From Methanobacteriota archaeon (GTDB lineage Archaea; Thermoplasmatota; Poseidoniia; Poseidoniales; Thalassarchaeaceae): a stretch of 64,000 bases of DNA. Position 1 is the stretch's first letter, and every line of letters begins with the position of its first letter. The stretch is from the NCBI GenBank assembly GCA_011523055.1, contig WTHQ01000016.1:26-64025 (forward strand), in the 5' to 3' direction. Under the pieces are notes generated by a model. The model was not told the origin of the DNA, did not search any database, and saw nothing but the letters and a program-made list of their open reading frames with translations. The translations under genes were made by a program, and so were the position numbers. Of the stretch, positions 37,064 to 46,439 are shown one piece after another.

Positions 37064-38761
37064 ATGTTTCCGCTAGGCCAGGACTTCGATGCGACATCAT
37101 GGGCATCACTTGAACCCGTGACGAACGAGTTAATATCTCGTGAGATTAATTCCACCGATGAGTTGGAGGTATTTTTCTCGGACATCTCGGATATGGCAGA
37201 ACATGTCTCAGAGGCGGGGGCAAAACTCTACATCGGAATGACCTGCGATACAGAAAGTGAGGAAAAACAGGCCGATTTTCTTGAATTTGTAGAGAACATA
37301 AGACCCAAGATGTCAGAGATTTCAAATCAATTGGACCTGAAGATAATCAATCTAGACTACCTAGAACAACTACCTGAAAGATATGACCTAATCATAAGGA
37401 GCATGAAGAACTCCATTGAACTATTCAGGGAGGAAAATATCCCACTGTCGGTTCAGTGTACTAAGCTCTCAACTGAGTACCAGAAGATTGTAGGTGCGAT
37501 GACTGTCGAGTTTCAAGGCGAGGAATATACTCTGCCGCAAATGAGGCGCTTTCTCGAGTCCAATGACCGAGAGGTGAGGCGTGAGGCTTGGATTCTGGTC
37601 AGGGAAAGGAGGATGCAGGATTCACAAAGGATCACTGAGATACTTGATGAATTGATTGAACTCAGACACAAGATAGCTCTAAATGCAGGTTTTGAAAATT
37701 ACAGAGATTATGCATTCAGATCAATGGAAAGATTCGATTACACCCCAGCAGATTGCTATGAGTTCCACAAATCAGTTGAGACCCACTGCATGCCGGTGAT
37801 TCATACTATCAACGATAATCGTCTTATTGGATTCGGGTACAACAAACTCAGGCCTTGGGATGTAAACGAAAAATCCGGAGACTCCCCAGATGTTCAGGGG
37901 AGGGGTGCACTCGTCCCGTTCGAAGACGTCTCCGAGCTAGTCTCCCTGACATCAGAGGTTTTCCACAGGTTGTCAAGCGAGTTGGGTGGAATGTTCGATA
38001 GGCTTGTCGATGGAGAGGTGCTTGACCTAGACAGTAGAAAAGGGAAGGCTCCTGGAGGGTATCAATACAACCTAGAGAAGACAGGGTTACCTTTCATTTT
38101 CATGAACGCCTCTGGGCAACAGGGAGACGTTGAAACCATGATTCATGAGGCTGGTCATGCTTTCCACAGCATGTATTGCAGTGATCTTAGACTAATCCAA
38201 GAGCGGAATTACCCTATTGAATTCGCTGAGGTAGCCTCGATGTCGATGGAATTGCTCACACAGCCGCACTGGGGCGTGTTCTATGAAGACGCGGAGGAGT
38301 GTCGCAGGGCAAAGAGAATGCACCTAGAATCAGTAATTGGACTCCTTGCATGGATTTGTAGAGTAGATGCGTTCCAACATTGGATGTATGAAAATCCCAG
38401 TCACACACACCGTGAGAGATCGGAATACTGGTTGAAATTAAGGAGTCGATTTGGCCCTAGAACCGATTGGAATGGCTTCGAGGAGGACGAGTCACTATTT
38501 TGGCAAACCCAAGGCCACCTGTTCGGCGCCCCATTTTACTACATTGAGTATGGCATCGCACAGCTTGGTGCACTTCAGATCTGGGCGAAGCAATCTATCG
38601 ACCCGCAAGGCGCTCTTTCGGATTACAAAGCAGCAATGATGCTTGGAAATACTCGGAGCCTACCAGACTTGTTCCAGGCAGCGGATATCAAGCTGGGCTT
38701 CGACGAACATCACATTGGGAGCCTGGTCGACAAGATTAATTCTGCACTAGTCTCCTTGTGA
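37064..38761 (+). CDS. pepF: M3-family oligoendopeptidase (PepF-like)
   Basis: The zinc motif is HEAGHAFH, with a downstream Glu (EFAEVASM). The length and the C-terminal YYIEYGIAQLGALQ are typical of M3B oligoendopeptidases. ATG 37064 lies one codon after the ORF-track TTG. Confidence 0.85.
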   Translation: MFPLGQDFDATSWASLEPVTNELISREINSTDELEVFFSDISDMAEHVSEAGAKLYIGMTCDTESEEKQADFLEFVENIRPKMSEISNQLDLKIINLDYLEQLPERYDLIIRSMKNSIELFREENIPLSVQCTKLSTEYQKIVGAMTVEFQGEEYTLPQMRRFLESNDREVRREAWILVRERRMQDSQRITEILDELIELRHKIALNAGFENYRDYAFRSMERFDYTPADCYEFHKSVETHCMPVIHTINDNRLIGFGYNKLRPWDVNEKSGDSPDVQGRGALVPFEDVSELVSLTSEVFHRLSSELGGMFDRLVDGEVLDLDSRKGKAPGGYQYNLEKTGLPFIFMNASGQQGDVETMIHEAGHAFHSMYCSDLRLIQERNYPIEFAEVASMSMELLTQPHWGVFYEDAEECRRAKRMHLESVIGLLAWICRVDAFQHWMYENPSHTHRERSEYWLKLRSRFGPRTDWNGFEEDESLFWQTQGHLFGAPFYYIEYGIAQLGALQIWAKQSIDPQGALSDYKAAMMLGNTRSLPDLFQAADIKLGFDEHHIGSLVDKINSALVSL

Positions 38762-38765
38762 CTGA

Positions 38766-39767
38766 TCATTCCCTTATTCCCTCTGCGGTCACAGAGAATA
38801 CGGCCTCTCCCTCTGGCAAGTTCGGGCTATCAATGAGTCTTGCAATTCTGCGGCCGCCCTTGGATTTTCTCAAGTAGAGCCTGAATGTGCTTGCGTGTCC
38901 TACTATGTGTCCCCCTATGGGCTTTGTCGGGTCCCCCCACATTGCGTCTGGCCTTGCATGTACTTGATTGGTAACTAGCACGAGTGCGTTATTAACATCC
39001 GACAATTGTTTGAGTTCCTTGAGATGTTTGTTGAGTTTCTGTTGCCGATCTGCTAGCATCCCCCTGCCTACGTACTCAGCTCTGAAGTGGCTAGTTAGAG
39101 AGTCGACTATAACCAACTTTACGTCCATGTTTTTTGACATCCGCTTGATTTCATCCACCAATAACATTTGATGAGCAGAGTTGTACGCCCTAGCTACGTG
39201 TATCCTGTCCAGCACCATACTGGGATCAAGTCCGACCCCCTCGGCCATCTGAGCGATTCTTTCTGGTCTGAACGTGTCCTCTGTGTCGATGTAGAATACC
39301 TCCCCATCGAATCCCCCTTGCGACAAGGGTAGTATGGTATTCACGGCCAGTTGGTGTCCGACCTGCGTCTTGCCACTCCCGAACTCTCCGAATACCTCAA
39401 CGATCGCTTGGGTCTCAAATCCCCCGCCCAGTAATTCATCCAATGCTGACGATCCTGATGTTAGTTTTTGCACCTCGGACCTTCTCTCCAGCAGAGAGAC
39501 GCCGCTGACGAAGCCGCCAACGTTGGCCATTTTCTTGGCTCCAGCAATAATTTTTGAAGCCACGGCCTCTCCTAGCTCAGCTTGATCTCCCAGCTCTTTT
39601 GGACTCATAACAGCGATCGTCATCAACTCATCGAATCCAGCCTCTCTCAGCTTTTCTGCAGTCGCTGGCCCAACTCCTGGTAAGTCCTCGATTTTGGGTT
39701 CTTCCTCTTCCGCGTCGATCACTATCTCTTCCTCACTGACCTTCTGGGTTGTCTTCTTGGATGGCAT
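38766..39767 (-). CDS. radA: DNA repair and recombination protein RadA
   Basis: The N-terminal HhH is [17 protein letters not shown], Walker A is GEFGSGKTQ and Walker B is KLVIVDS. The length is typical. ATG 39767 is preferred over the ORF-track TTG at 39797. Confidence 0.92.
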   Translation of the reverse strand: MPSKKTTQKVSEEEIVIDAEEEEPKIEDLPGVGPATAEKLREAGFDELMTIAVMSPKELGDQAELGEAVASKIIAGAKKMANVGGFVSGVSLLERRSEVQKLTSGSSALDELLGGGFETQAIVEVFGEFGSGKTQVGHQLAVNTILPLSQGGFDGEVFYIDTEDTFRPERIAQMAEGVGLDPSMVLDRIHVARAYNSAHQMLLVDEIKRMSKNMDVKLVIVDSLTSHFRAEYVGRGMLADRQQKLNKHLKELKQLSDVNNALVLVTNQVHARPDAMWGDPTKPIGGHIVGHASTFRLYLRKSKGGRRIARLIDSPNLPEGEAVFSVTAEGIRE

Positions 39768-39901
39768 ATGGTCAACTGGATGTCGAAGGTATATCAATTA
39801 AGCATCGGCCCCAATCACATATTTCCCCCGTTAAATCCTTTCAATCTTCTCTGTGTGCCTCATTTTTTCAGTTTCACTTCAGGTTCAATATTACCTGTAA
39901 G

Positions 39902-39979
39902 TGGTAGCGGATGGTGGATTTGAACCACCGGTCTCCGGGTTATGAGCCCGACGAGATAACCTGACTACTCCAACCCGCT
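39902..39979 (-). tRNA. Initiator tRNA-Met (anticodon CAT) with genomically encoded CCA
   Basis: A hand-folded cloverleaf on the minus strand reads AGCGGGT/..../TCGGG-CTCATAA-CCCGG/GGTGG-TTCAAAT-CCACC/ATCCGCT-A-CCA. It has an A1:U72 pair and three consecutive G:C pairs closing the anticodon stem, both hallmarks of archaeal initiator tRNA. Confidence 0.85.
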
Positions 39980-39997
39980 AGCCCTATCCGGGGTGAT

Positions 39998-40008
39998 CGA
40001 TTATTTGA
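39998..40008 (-). promoter_or_regulatory. Putative TATA box for the initiator tRNA gene
   Basis: The minus-strand TTCAAATAAT element is centred about 24 nt upstream of the tRNA 5' end, the expected archaeal TATA position. Confidence 0.4.
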
Positions 40009-40076
40009 AGCGAGCGGGGGGCTCTCTAACTGGTGGACTATCAAAACAGTATTGGGGCGGCTATGTATGGGAATGA

Positions 40077-41447
40077 ATGAGAGATGACATGAGTGGCAAT
40101 ATTTTAGTCCAAAATGCCACGATGATCCTACCTAGTAGTGAGGCGATAGGGGATCTGCGGGTACGGGCAGGAATTATCGATAAGATAGCACCTGGAGGCG
40201 GGCTTGAGCCTAGTTCGGACGAGACTGTCATTGACGCCTCCGGACTACACCTTCTGCCTGGCGCGATTGATCCCCACGTTCACTTTAGAGACCCTGGTCA
40301 GCCAGAGAAGGAGGATCTGGAGTCTGGCAGCAGAGCAGCAGCATCTGGAGGAATCACATCATTTCTGGACATGCCGAACAATATCCCCAATGCAATTGAT
40401 AGACCAACAATACAAGCGAAACTGGACCTGGCAGCCAGGAAATGCGTAACTCATCATGGCTTTTTCGTGGGTGCCACTAGAGGGAATCTAGCTGGCTTGA
40501 AGAGTGTTGAGGGGATGGATGGTGTTTGCGGAATCAAAATCTTCATGGGAAGCAGCACCGGTGATTTACTCGTACATGAACAGAGTGATCTGGAGAACAT
40601 TTTCTCAAACACTGGAGGAATAATCGCCGTTCACGCTGAAGACGAACAGAGACTGCAAGATCGGTTTGAACATTACAAGCACAGGACCGACATCGCGGCG
40701 CATGCGGAATACAGAGATTCTGAGACTGCAATGATTGCGACGAAGAGGGCTGTATCATTTGCAGAGGACCATGACCATCGTCTACACATCGTTCACCTAA
40801 CTAGCGCGGAGGAGGCTGATTGGCTCGCTACAAAGAAGGGAAGGTTGATCACGACTGAGGTTTGTGTACAACACCTCACTTTCGACGATAAAGATATGGA
40901 AACACTCGGCACAAGAGGTTTAGTGAATCCACCAATCAGATATGAGGAGGATAAGGAAACACTCTGGAGGAGGCTCCATGACGGGACCATCGACTGTGTC
41001 GTAACCGACCATGCTCCCCACACCCTTGAGTCGAAGTCAGCGGGTTATCCCAAATCCCCAGCGGGGATGCCGGGGGTAGAGACGTCTCTCCCTCTTATGT
41101 TGACTCATGCGGCCAAAGGCAGGTGCAGTGTCAGAGATGTAGTGAGGTGGATGTCAGAGGGACCTGCTGGTGTCTATGGAATGGATAAGAAGGGGTCATT
41201 GATTGAGGGGCATGATGGCGACCTAGTGTTAGTTGATCTTGAAAATTGGAGAACTGTGACCGACTCAGATACTTGGACCAGGGTTGGATGGACCCCCTAT
41301 CATGGAATGGAGATGACCGGTTGGCCTTCGTTCACGATCGTCGATGGAAGGATCGTTCATACCAGAGAATCCGGAGGCAACCTGAAAGGTCGCTCTGTCA
41401 GTGCCTCTGGTTCTACTGGAAGAGCGTTGAAGTTTCGTGTTATCTAA
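40077..41447 (+). CDS. pyrC: Dihydroorotase (cyclic amidohydrolase superfamily; allantoinase/dihydropyrimidinase not excluded)
   Basis: The metal-binding motif is AIDPHVHFRDPG. Other motifs are HAED, HIVHLTS and VVTDHAPH. The length is 456 aa. Confidence 0.78.
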   Translation: MRDDMSGNILVQNATMILPSSEAIGDLRVRAGIIDKIAPGGGLEPSSDETVIDASGLHLLPGAIDPHVHFRDPGQPEKEDLESGSRAAASGGITSFLDMPNNIPNAIDRPTIQAKLDLAARKCVTHHGFFVGATRGNLAGLKSVEGMDGVCGIKIFMGSSTGDLLVHEQSDLENIFSNTGGIIAVHAEDEQRLQDRFEHYKHRTDIAAHAEYRDSETAMIATKRAVSFAEDHDHRLHIVHLTSAEEADWLATKKGRLITTEVCVQHLTFDDKDMETLGTRGLVNPPIRYEEDKETLWRRLHDGTIDCVVTDHAPHTLESKSAGYPKSPAGMPGVETSLPLMLTHAAKGRCSVRDVVRWMSEGPAGVYGMDKKGSLIEGHDGDLVLVDLENWRTVTDSDTWTRVGWTPYHGMEMTGWPSFTIVDGRIVHTRESGGNLKGRSVSASGSTGRALKFRVI

Positions 41448-43783
41448 TCTTGGCACTCGTCACCAGCGCTTCCTTCACAATCATAATCTGTGGAATCTGC
41501 ATCCTCTGATTCTTCCATTTCTTGGCTAAACGGGTTTTCTTGGCCGGGGATAAGTAGAGTTTCAGTGGTCGAAAGGTTCTCTGTACTGTGTACCGAAATG
41601 CCCAAGGCAGAGAAGGCGTAGACAAAATCACCCATGAAAATGGATCTTCGTATGCTAGTTGAGTAGCTGTGCCACCAAGTTGTGTCTCCGTTCTCATCGT
41701 TGTAGAATGAGGAGTGGTCAATTTCACCATGCGAGCCTAAGCTCAGATTCTCTGTATCGATATCTATCATCTTCAGCACAGAGACGTACTCATACCCCGA
41801 GTACCCGTCTTCATCGTAGACGTACCGATAGGTCGATAGGGGCACAGCGAGGATGGAATCGGGAGGCCAGAATGTGAATGCCTTGTGTTCGTACGTCGCC
41901 TCAGACCATGACCATGTCCATCCGCAGTATCTTATGTCCTCGCATTGGCTATCGGAGTAGGCAGGGGTCAGCTTCATCGAGTCTGCTAGAGTGGGGCTAG
42001 TGGGGTCACTGACGTCGAACAAGGAAACCTGGGTCGTTGACCAATCAAGGCCTAGTCCGCCTTCCCCCGGCCCTATTCCAATCGTCAATAGGGTGTTTTC
42101 GTTGACAGGATGGATGTAAGTCGATACCCCTGGAACCTCCAGTTCCCCGAGAATTACAGGTTCATAGGGGTCAGATAGGTCGAGGACCCACAATGGATCT
42201 ATGGTCTCGAAGGTTACGAGGTAGCCTCTGTCCCCGATGAACCTCGCACTCCATATCCTCTCTCCGTCTGCTATTCCATCGACAAGGCCGATTTGATCTA
42301 GGTTTCCAGACCCATCTGGGTTGAGTATGGTCACTCGATTTGAGGGTCCTGTGAAGGTGCTAAGGCCTGTTTCTGGATCGATTTGATCCATAATCCACCA
42401 CCTCCCCCACGCATCGGTAGTGGATGCGACCCTGATTACACCCTCGTATTCCGATATGGAGAATTGGTCCTGGACTGTCCCAAGGACCCTACCAGAGGCA
42501 ACGTATGTCGTATAACCATGGTCTGATATGTCGAAAACATGGATGTTCGTGGCATCCTCGTAGTCATCATTGCCCCAGAACCACCACCAGTCATTGGCGG
42601 GCTCAGCGAAAACTAGGGCATCCTGAGAAGAATATACGTGGGCCCATGATGACCCTATGTGGTTCACCCTCATGTTCAGATCCTCATCACTGAGGTCCAT
42701 TGTCGCGATTGTGAGGAAGCCCTGTGCGACGCTGTCCGAGGAGGCTGAGTATTCTCCGCACTCATCATCTGAATACGGGAGGGTTGCGATTGCGCCCTCC
42801 CCCGTCATTACGTATCGCATTGGAACAAAGTCCTCAAGCGTTAGCGATTGTATCCTATCCCGGTTGTTTGATAGTGTCTCCAGCAGGGACTGGTTCCAAA
42901 TCTCCATCTTCTCGGCCCTATCACCCAGGTTCCAATACTCCGCTGGAAGGTCGACATAGTAGTCCAGCCCCTCTATATTTGGGGTGTAATGGGTCACGCT
43001 CCTTACCGTGCCTTCTACAAGCCGAGCGGTATTGAAGTACCCCTCAAAGTAGATGTCATAATCCACCACTGGGCTAGACTTGTCTTGAACATCGACTACA
43101 GAATACTTGACTAGGCTGGATCTGAAGTACTCGTAGGAGTATGTCTGGCCGTCGTGCTCATAGCTGACTTCTCTTACAAGAAGCTCCCTCATTGGATGAT
43201 CTTTGTCCAGGTCTGAACCATAGACCGAGGAGGCGACCACGATTGTGTCGCCTTCGATCATCATAGACAGAGGGGTGCCTTCCATCTCCAACGTACTTAT
43301 CATCTCTATCTGACCAAACTCCGGTATCCCGAAGATCAACAGAAGATCGCCGTTCAGCATGTATGTATGGCTGCCGTCTGTTTTGAGGAAGTCAGCCTCA
43401 TCAACTCCCGATTCCTGGTTGTTCGTGCCTGAGAATTCATCACTTCTCGCCATTCCTGTTGTTGGTGTAGCTGAGGACCCTCCATCGGCCTCTGCAAACG
43501 CCACATCATCCGTGAAGCCGAACCATGGTTCCACCCAGTGGTGATACGAATGTTGATCCAAAGTGGTAATCATCTCATCCAGGAGATTCTGCTGGAGAGT
43601 CATCAATAGGCGGTCACAATCGTCGAAATTTTCTAGAACAGCGCTGGTCCGACCCCGATCTGGCAGCTCTAATCTGGGGTAATCTTTCGATTCTGTGCCA
43701 TCTGGGTCAGTCAGATCTACAGTAGAGATGCATCCCTGTAACACCAAGGCAAGCGTAATTACCGCAGTCAAGTACTTGTTCAT
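41444..43783 (-). CDS. Secreted beta-propeller domain protein (Beta_propel family-like), probable lipoprotein, with an acidic Cys-containing tail
   Basis: The N-terminus MNKYLTAVITLALVLQGC has a lipobox-like LQGC. SGVDEADFLKTDGSHTYML resembles the conserved start of the archaeal/Firmicute beta-propeller family. The ORF-track start at 43837 adds 18 aa. Confidence 0.68.
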   Translation of the reverse strand: MNKYLTAVITLALVLQGCISTVDLTDPDGTESKDYPRLELPDRGRTSAVLENFDDCDRLLMTLQQNLLDEMITTLDQHSYHHWVEPWFGFTDDVAFAEADGGSSATPTTGMARSDEFSGTNNQESGVDEADFLKTDGSHTYMLNGDLLLIFGIPEFGQIEMISTLEMEGTPLSMMIEGDTIVVASSVYGSDLDKDHPMRELLVREVSYEHDGQTYSYEYFRSSLVKYSVVDVQDKSSPVVDYDIYFEGYFNTARLVEGTVRSVTHYTPNIEGLDYYVDLPAEYWNLGDRAEKMEIWNQSLLETLSNNRDRIQSLTLEDFVPMRYVMTGEGAIATLPYSDDECGEYSASSDSVAQGFLTIATMDLSDEDLNMRVNHIGSSWAHVYSSQDALVFAEPANDWWWFWGNDDYEDATNIHVFDISDHGYTTYVASGRVLGTVQDQFSISEYEGVIRVASTTDAWGRWWIMDQIDPETGLSTFTGPSNRVTILNPDGSGNLDQIGLVDGIADGERIWSARFIGDRGYLVTFETIDPLWVLDLSDPYEPVILGELEVPGVSTYIHPVNENTLLTIGIGPGEGGLGLDWSTTQVSLFDVSDPTSPTLADSMKLTPAYSDSQCEDIRYCGWTWSWSEATYEHKAFTFWPPDSILAVPLSTYRYVYDEDGYSGYEYVSVLKMIDIDTENLSLGSHGEIDHSSFYNDENGDTTWWHSYSTSIRRSIFMGDFVYAFSALGISVHSTENLSTTETLLIPGQENPFSQEMEESEDADSTDYDCEGSAGDECQD

Positions 43784-43882
43784 CAAATAACGCATCAGGT
43801 TGGGGGATATATACAACATGGTACGCTGATTTGACATTGGTTTGCACTGAGGATCGACCTGTCAAACCAACATACCAACTAC

Positions 43883-44728
43883 ATGATACCGGAAAGCCGG
43901 GTGCAGTGGCTGATGAGGGAGGTCCTGCTCATGCGGCTGGCGATCACTATCGCCGCGTCCATGATCATCTTCGGATCGGGGTTGATCGACTTCTCCGAAC
44001 CGGCACCAATCACCAATGCGGAGGCCGAGTATGGGTTCGATGCAGTTGCCATTCCAGAGGCCGATGACTCGTCAGAAGACGTAGCCAGGAACGACGAAAC
44101 TCCGGATGATCATGCCAGCGGACTTCGATCTGCAGCTCTCGGAAGTGGCCTAGCCATGTTCTTTTCCATTCTCTTTGGTTCGGCCTTCCTCGAAATCATG
44201 AGAGTGGCTCTTTTGGGGGCAATAATCACCCCTCTTCTGTCGACAATGGTTACTATCAGGGATGACCTGCTGACGAGGGGTAGGATACTCGGTTACCTGG
44301 AGGCGAACGCAGGAATCCATTTTTCTGCAATCAGGGACGGGCTAGGTTTGGCAAACGGGGTAACTGCGTATCATCTCAGAGTGCTTGAGTCGAGGGGGGA
44401 GGTTATTTCGTGGAGGGATGGAAAGTTGAGGAGATATGCATTATCTGGGTTGACTTCCGAGGAGATCAGTCGGATCAGGAACCCTATATCCGGAACTAGA
44501 TTGGCAATTCTGCAAGTACTCTCTGAAAGTGGCATGGCTGGAGCCTCAGGAAAGGAGGTACAGAGGCGGTTGAGGATTTCCCGTCAACTGTTTAGCCACC
44601 ACCTTAGGGAGTTGCGGATGAGTGAAATGGTAGAGCCCGCTGAGCAATCGAGAAGGCCGAAATGGAGGGTTTCCAACGATGGCTTGGACCTATTGGCCAC
44701 ATCTAAGAAAATGAGTCAATCCCTCTGA
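43883..44728 (+). CDS. Membrane-anchored protein with two winged-helix (ArsR/TrmB-like) domains
   Basis: It has an N-terminal TM (LAITIAASMIIFGSGLI), an acidic loop and a second hydrophobic block (GLAMFFSILFGSAFLEIMRVALLGAIITPLL). Two wHTH regions follow: ILGYLEANAGIHFSAIRDGLGLANGVTAYHLRVLESRGEVISWRDG and RLAILQVLS...EVQRRLRISRQLFSHHLRELRMSEMV. Confidence 0.6.
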   Translation: MIPESRVQWLMREVLLMRLAITIAASMIIFGSGLIDFSEPAPITNAEAEYGFDAVAIPEADDSSEDVARNDETPDDHASGLRSAALGSGLAMFFSILFGSAFLEIMRVALLGAIITPLLSTMVTIRDDLLTRGRILGYLEANAGIHFSAIRDGLGLANGVTAYHLRVLESRGEVISWRDGKLRRYALSGLTSEEISRIRNPISGTRLAILQVLSESGMAGASGKEVQRRLRISRQLFSHHLRELRMSEMVEPAEQSRRPKWRVSNDGLDLLATSKKMSQSL

Positions 44729-44757
44729 CCAGAAGCCACGGATGACTGACCAGGCTT

Positions 44758-45831
44758 GTGTACGGACGTTTTACGAACTCTCGGCCCCTCTGGCCACACA
44801 GGGAGGCATGGGGTGTGACTGGACCGAAAGAGGCCTCGTTCACTGATGAGGATCTGTTAATTTCAGCCAGGACAGTCGTCAGGTCCTGCCTGGAGGTCAG
44901 GGAGCATGAGAACGTCCTGATTGTCACGGACACTGAGACCTCCAGGATTGCGAGGTCGATCTATGAGGCTTCTTCAGAGGCTACCTCAAGAGTGTTGATG
45001 ATGATGATGCCCGAACTTGAGGAAAAGGGGATGGAGCCCCCCATGCCGGTTGCAGATCTCATGAGGAGGCAGGATGTGATTTTCCTTCTTACTACAAAGT
45101 CAATGACTCACACCAGAGCGAGGTCGGTTGCATCTAAGGAGGGTGCCAGGATAGCCTCAATCCCAGGCGTCTCCCCTGAGTCGTTTGCTTTGGGGGGCTT
45201 CACAGCAGATCATAATGCCATGGCTGCTGAAATTACTAGCCTAGGGCCCAAGCTACGCCGAATTCGTGAAGTGAGGGTAACCACTGACATGGGGACCGAT
45301 CTTCGGTTTCAGCCAGGCAGTCGATGGGTACTCGAGGACACTGGGATATGCACTCGCCCCGGACAAGTGAAGAACCTTCCAGCTGGAAGGGTTTTCGTGA
45401 TGCCCAAGGAGGGAACTGCCCAAGGGAAAATAGTCATTGATGGCTCATGGGAGGGAAGGAGCTTGGACAATCCCATCCAGTTAACCATCAAAGATGGTTT
45501 GTTGGTCTCCGCAACGGGCGATAGCGCTTCAGCAGAGATCGAGTCATTTCTTGAGCAATCAGCAGAGGCCCTTCGAGGTGGCAAGGGCCACTTGGTCAGA
45601 ACCTTCTCGGAGTTCAGCTTCGGCATGAACCCGAGGGCCAGAAGGGGCCTTGGATTGTTGGAGGACCAATGTTGGCGTGGTGGCGCGATGTTCGCATTCG
45701 GAAACAATACGGTACTAGGTGGTACAGCGAGTGTTCACACTAACATCAGGGGGCTCATGACAGTGCCTACGATCGAAATTGACGGAAAACCCCTGATGAC
45801 GGAGGGGAAATACACACCGAGGTTGACATGA
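44758..45831 (+). CDS. M29-family aminopeptidase (aminopeptidase T/AmpS-like, COG2309)
   Basis: The N-terminal region is ARTVVRSCLEVREHENVLIVTD. The later GKIVIDGS and the C-terminal VHTNI...IEIDGKPLM are typical of this family. It has a GTG start, so the start is uncertain. Confidence 0.68.
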   Translation: MYGRFTNSRPLWPHREAWGVTGPKEASFTDEDLLISARTVVRSCLEVREHENVLIVTDTETSRIARSIYEASSEATSRVLMMMMPELEEKGMEPPMPVADLMRRQDVIFLLTTKSMTHTRARSVASKEGARIASIPGVSPESFALGGFTADHNAMAAEITSLGPKLRRIREVRVTTDMGTDLRFQPGSRWVLEDTGICTRPGQVKNLPAGRVFVMPKEGTAQGKIVIDGSWEGRSLDNPIQLTIKDGLLVSATGDSASAEIESFLEQSAEALRGGKGHLVRTFSEFSFGMNPRARRGLGLLEDQCWRGGAMFAFGNNTVLGGTASVHTNIRGLMTVPTIEIDGKPLMTEGKYTPRLT

Positions 45832-46439
45832 TGAGGGTGCTCCTGTGGCTCAATTCAAACGCACCGTCTAGGAAATTGATCTCCCAACTAGCCGATGACG
45901 TGGATATCGTTGCTGGCGTGGATGGGGGATATGACAGAGCCTTGGAATGTGGATTCGTACCTGACATGGTAATTGGTGATCTTGACTCAGTGCAGTCCAG
46001 TTGCGAAGGGATACAAAGAGTATCTATCCCCGATCAAGAGTCGAGCGATTTGGTTAAGGCAATTACATATTTGACGGAGGCAGGATATGACGAATTCGAA
46101 GTAGTTGGGATCGAGGGGGGCCTGGAGTCGCATCAACTAGGGGTTTGGGGGGCGCTCGTCGATGCCCCCGAAGGTGTCGGCATCCGACTTCACACCGACA
46201 GATCTGAGATCATTAGAATAAATCCTAACTCTCCTCCATTCAGGGTTGGGGTTCCGATTGGTTCAGTATTCTCCGTATTCGCCTTGCAGGATTGTCAAGC
46301 CGTCACTGTGGAAGGGGGCAAATGGAACTTGAAGGAGGAGGATCTCAAACTTTCAACGAAGGGGCTTCACAACGTTGCAGTGGCTGAGTTCTTGTCCTTC
46401 TCAAGCGACGGGGTCGCTGTTGCCATCATCAACAGATGA
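45828..46439 (+). CDS. Thiamine pyrophosphokinase
   Basis: VAGVDGGYDRALECGFVPDMVIGDLDS and DQESSDLVKA match the TPK catalytic-domain motifs. The start overlaps the upstream stop (ATGA). Confidence 0.68.
   Translation: MMRVLLWLNSNAPSRKLISQLADDVDIVAGVDGGYDRALECGFVPDMVIGDLDSVQSSCEGIQRVSIPDQESSDLVKAITYLTEAGYDEFEVVGIEGGLESHQLGVWGALVDAPEGVGIRLHTDRSEIIRINPNSPPFRVGVPIGSVFSVFALQDCQAVTVEGGKWNLKEEDLKLSTKGLHNVAVAEFLSFSSDGVAVAIINR

Noticed and set aside
39798-40076. The tRNA-iMet locus as a possible integration hotspot for a mobile element.
   Set aside because: There is no integrase, no excisionase, no obvious duplicated tRNA 3' segment and no compositional break in the flanking genes (radA, pyrC). An exhaustive repeat search was not possible by eye.
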